Under the pieces are notes generated by a model. The model searched no databases. It was given only the letters and a program-made list of their open reading frames with translations, and had not been told where the DNA came from. From Haliotis rubra (lineage: Eukaryota), in the NCBI RefSeq assembly GCF_003918875.1, contig NW_025765825.1:124001-188000 (forward strand): a stretch of DNA of 64,000 nt, in the 5' to 3' direction. Positions 62,600-64,000 of this stretch are shown one piece after another; within the stretch, counting starts at the first letter, position 1, and each line of letters opens with the position of its first letter. The position numbers and the translations under genes were made by a program.

Positions 62600-63700
62600 T
62601 CATTCAAAAAGTGCATAAAGAATCATATACTGAGACAGGAGTCAGGGGACACGTCGTCAGTTGCGAGTGTGACCACCCAGGCCAACACAGTCTCTTCATT
62701 GACGTGTCCCTAGTATGGTGATCTACCTTCAGTTGTTGGCAATCTATAGTCGGTTTTTATATTGTATTGTCATTTAAAAGTAACATATTTTAGATTTAAT
62801 TACTAGTTTTACATACATATCTGTGATATTCTAGTTGTTTTACTGTCCTTCGTCGGCAGGTTTTTTATAACATACATATTTCATTTCAATATCGAATGTT
62901 CTCGTCACGATATGGCTGAAACATTGCCAATGTGACGTTAAATATTAACTCACTCACTCTTCATTGACGTCGTCAGTCGGCGGGTGACATCAACAGTAAT
63001 CCTGTTCCATAAGTCCAAGAGAGTCTGTTCAAGTTCCTGGTATACGCTGTATAAGCTGACGATCAAGATGATCCCAGAGATGTTCAATGAGGTTCATGTC
63101 TGGAGAACGCTCTGGCCAAGGCAATACGTTGATGTTAACATTGTGCAGGTAATCTCGAACAATTCTGGCTGTGTGAAGCCATGCGTTGTCCTGCTGAAAA
63201 AAATTCCTCTTGGCTGTTGTCGAATAAAGGACACCACAAAAGGTCTCAACACGTCATACACGTATCACTAGGCGTTCAGATTTCCTAGGATGATAACCAG
63301 TCTTGTTGTTCTCTGACCGTAAATAACGCCCCATAACATGACGCCTTTCCCATCGAACGGATGAAATTCTTTGGCGCCAGTCGGTTTTCTTTATGTCGAA
63401 AATCTCGAACTTTGCAATCGTTTCTGAACAGACTGTTCTGTATAGAGCACTCTCTCCCGTGTTCGTGCTCATTACAGTCTGCGTTGACGGTGTAGAGGGT
63501 TCAAGGCCATTCCTCGGAAGGGGTGGTAGGCTCGTATACCAGTCATACCTAGTCGAAGCACTGTTCATCTGCTGATGGTGTGTCTTAGTGCTGTCGCCGC
63601 GTTGACGTCGAATCTGTTCCGGAGGTGGATCTGCAGGATGTAGCTTGCTCTGTCCAACACTGGTATTTATGCCACAATCATGCATTTAGACCAATGTCCC
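62600..63700 (-). mobile_element. Degraded Tc1/mariner transposase relic with nested LINE tail
   Basis: FQQDNAWLHTAR and WPERSPDMNLIEHLWD on the minus strand (about 63070-63200). LINE tail at 62706-62957 is flanked by TSD CTCTTCATTGACGT. Outer ends approximate. Confidence 0.82.
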
Positions 63701-64000
63701 ACCATTACGTTTTTCACGTTTTGAAAAATGCACGATTCGTGAGAAGTTTTGGACAGATGCGTTGTTATAGGGACCATGTTGCATTTTGGCGATTTTTTGT
63801 GCATGGATTCAAACCCGTACCAACATTTTTGTTTTTTATACACCTACTTTAAAAGTCATCGGTAGTTTATATAACCTTACAAAATACAATGTAATATCTT
63901 GAAGACTTAATTGGTGTTACGGTGGGATAGCCTAGGTGCGAGCACCCTTTACCATTACACTTTCATCCCATGGGGCGTTGGGTAGCGTAATGGTTAAAGC

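Overview
Eukaryotic, AT-rich, repeat-dense genomic DNA. A mollusc, possibly an abalone, is inferred from recalled (ACTC)n-tailed SINE types and was not verified. The window holds a cluster of five related secreted animal heme peroxidase (peroxidase-cyclooxygenase superfamily) loci. A (minus, 822-6288) has 13 exons and a clustered frameshift in exon 7 that may be a consensus error. D (plus, 13106-17311) is a deletion-riddled pseudogene. B (plus, 23887-29463) has 13 exons, a 1-bp deletion and substitutions in conserved motifs. E (plus, about 34207-34837) is a relic of exons 7-9. C (minus, 40247-49613) has 13 exons and an intact 611-aa ORF. The copies sit in two interlocked large inverted duplications (1-11.5 kb vs 18.4-30.3 kb; 11.5-17.7 kb vs 39.9-51.2 kb) that meet at a 5-bp microhomology. 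The most notable signals are: exon-restricted homogenisation between the otherwise old A and C paralogs; loss of the heme-linking Glu in all full-length copies; and a minimal U3/A8-type hammerhead ribozyme motif at the end of a Penelope-like element, split by a SINE insertion. The remainder is SINEs, an RNase H LINE sharing their tail, MITEs, Tc1/Crypton/Penelope/RT relics, microsatellites and a 193-N gap. All alignments and counts were done by eye.
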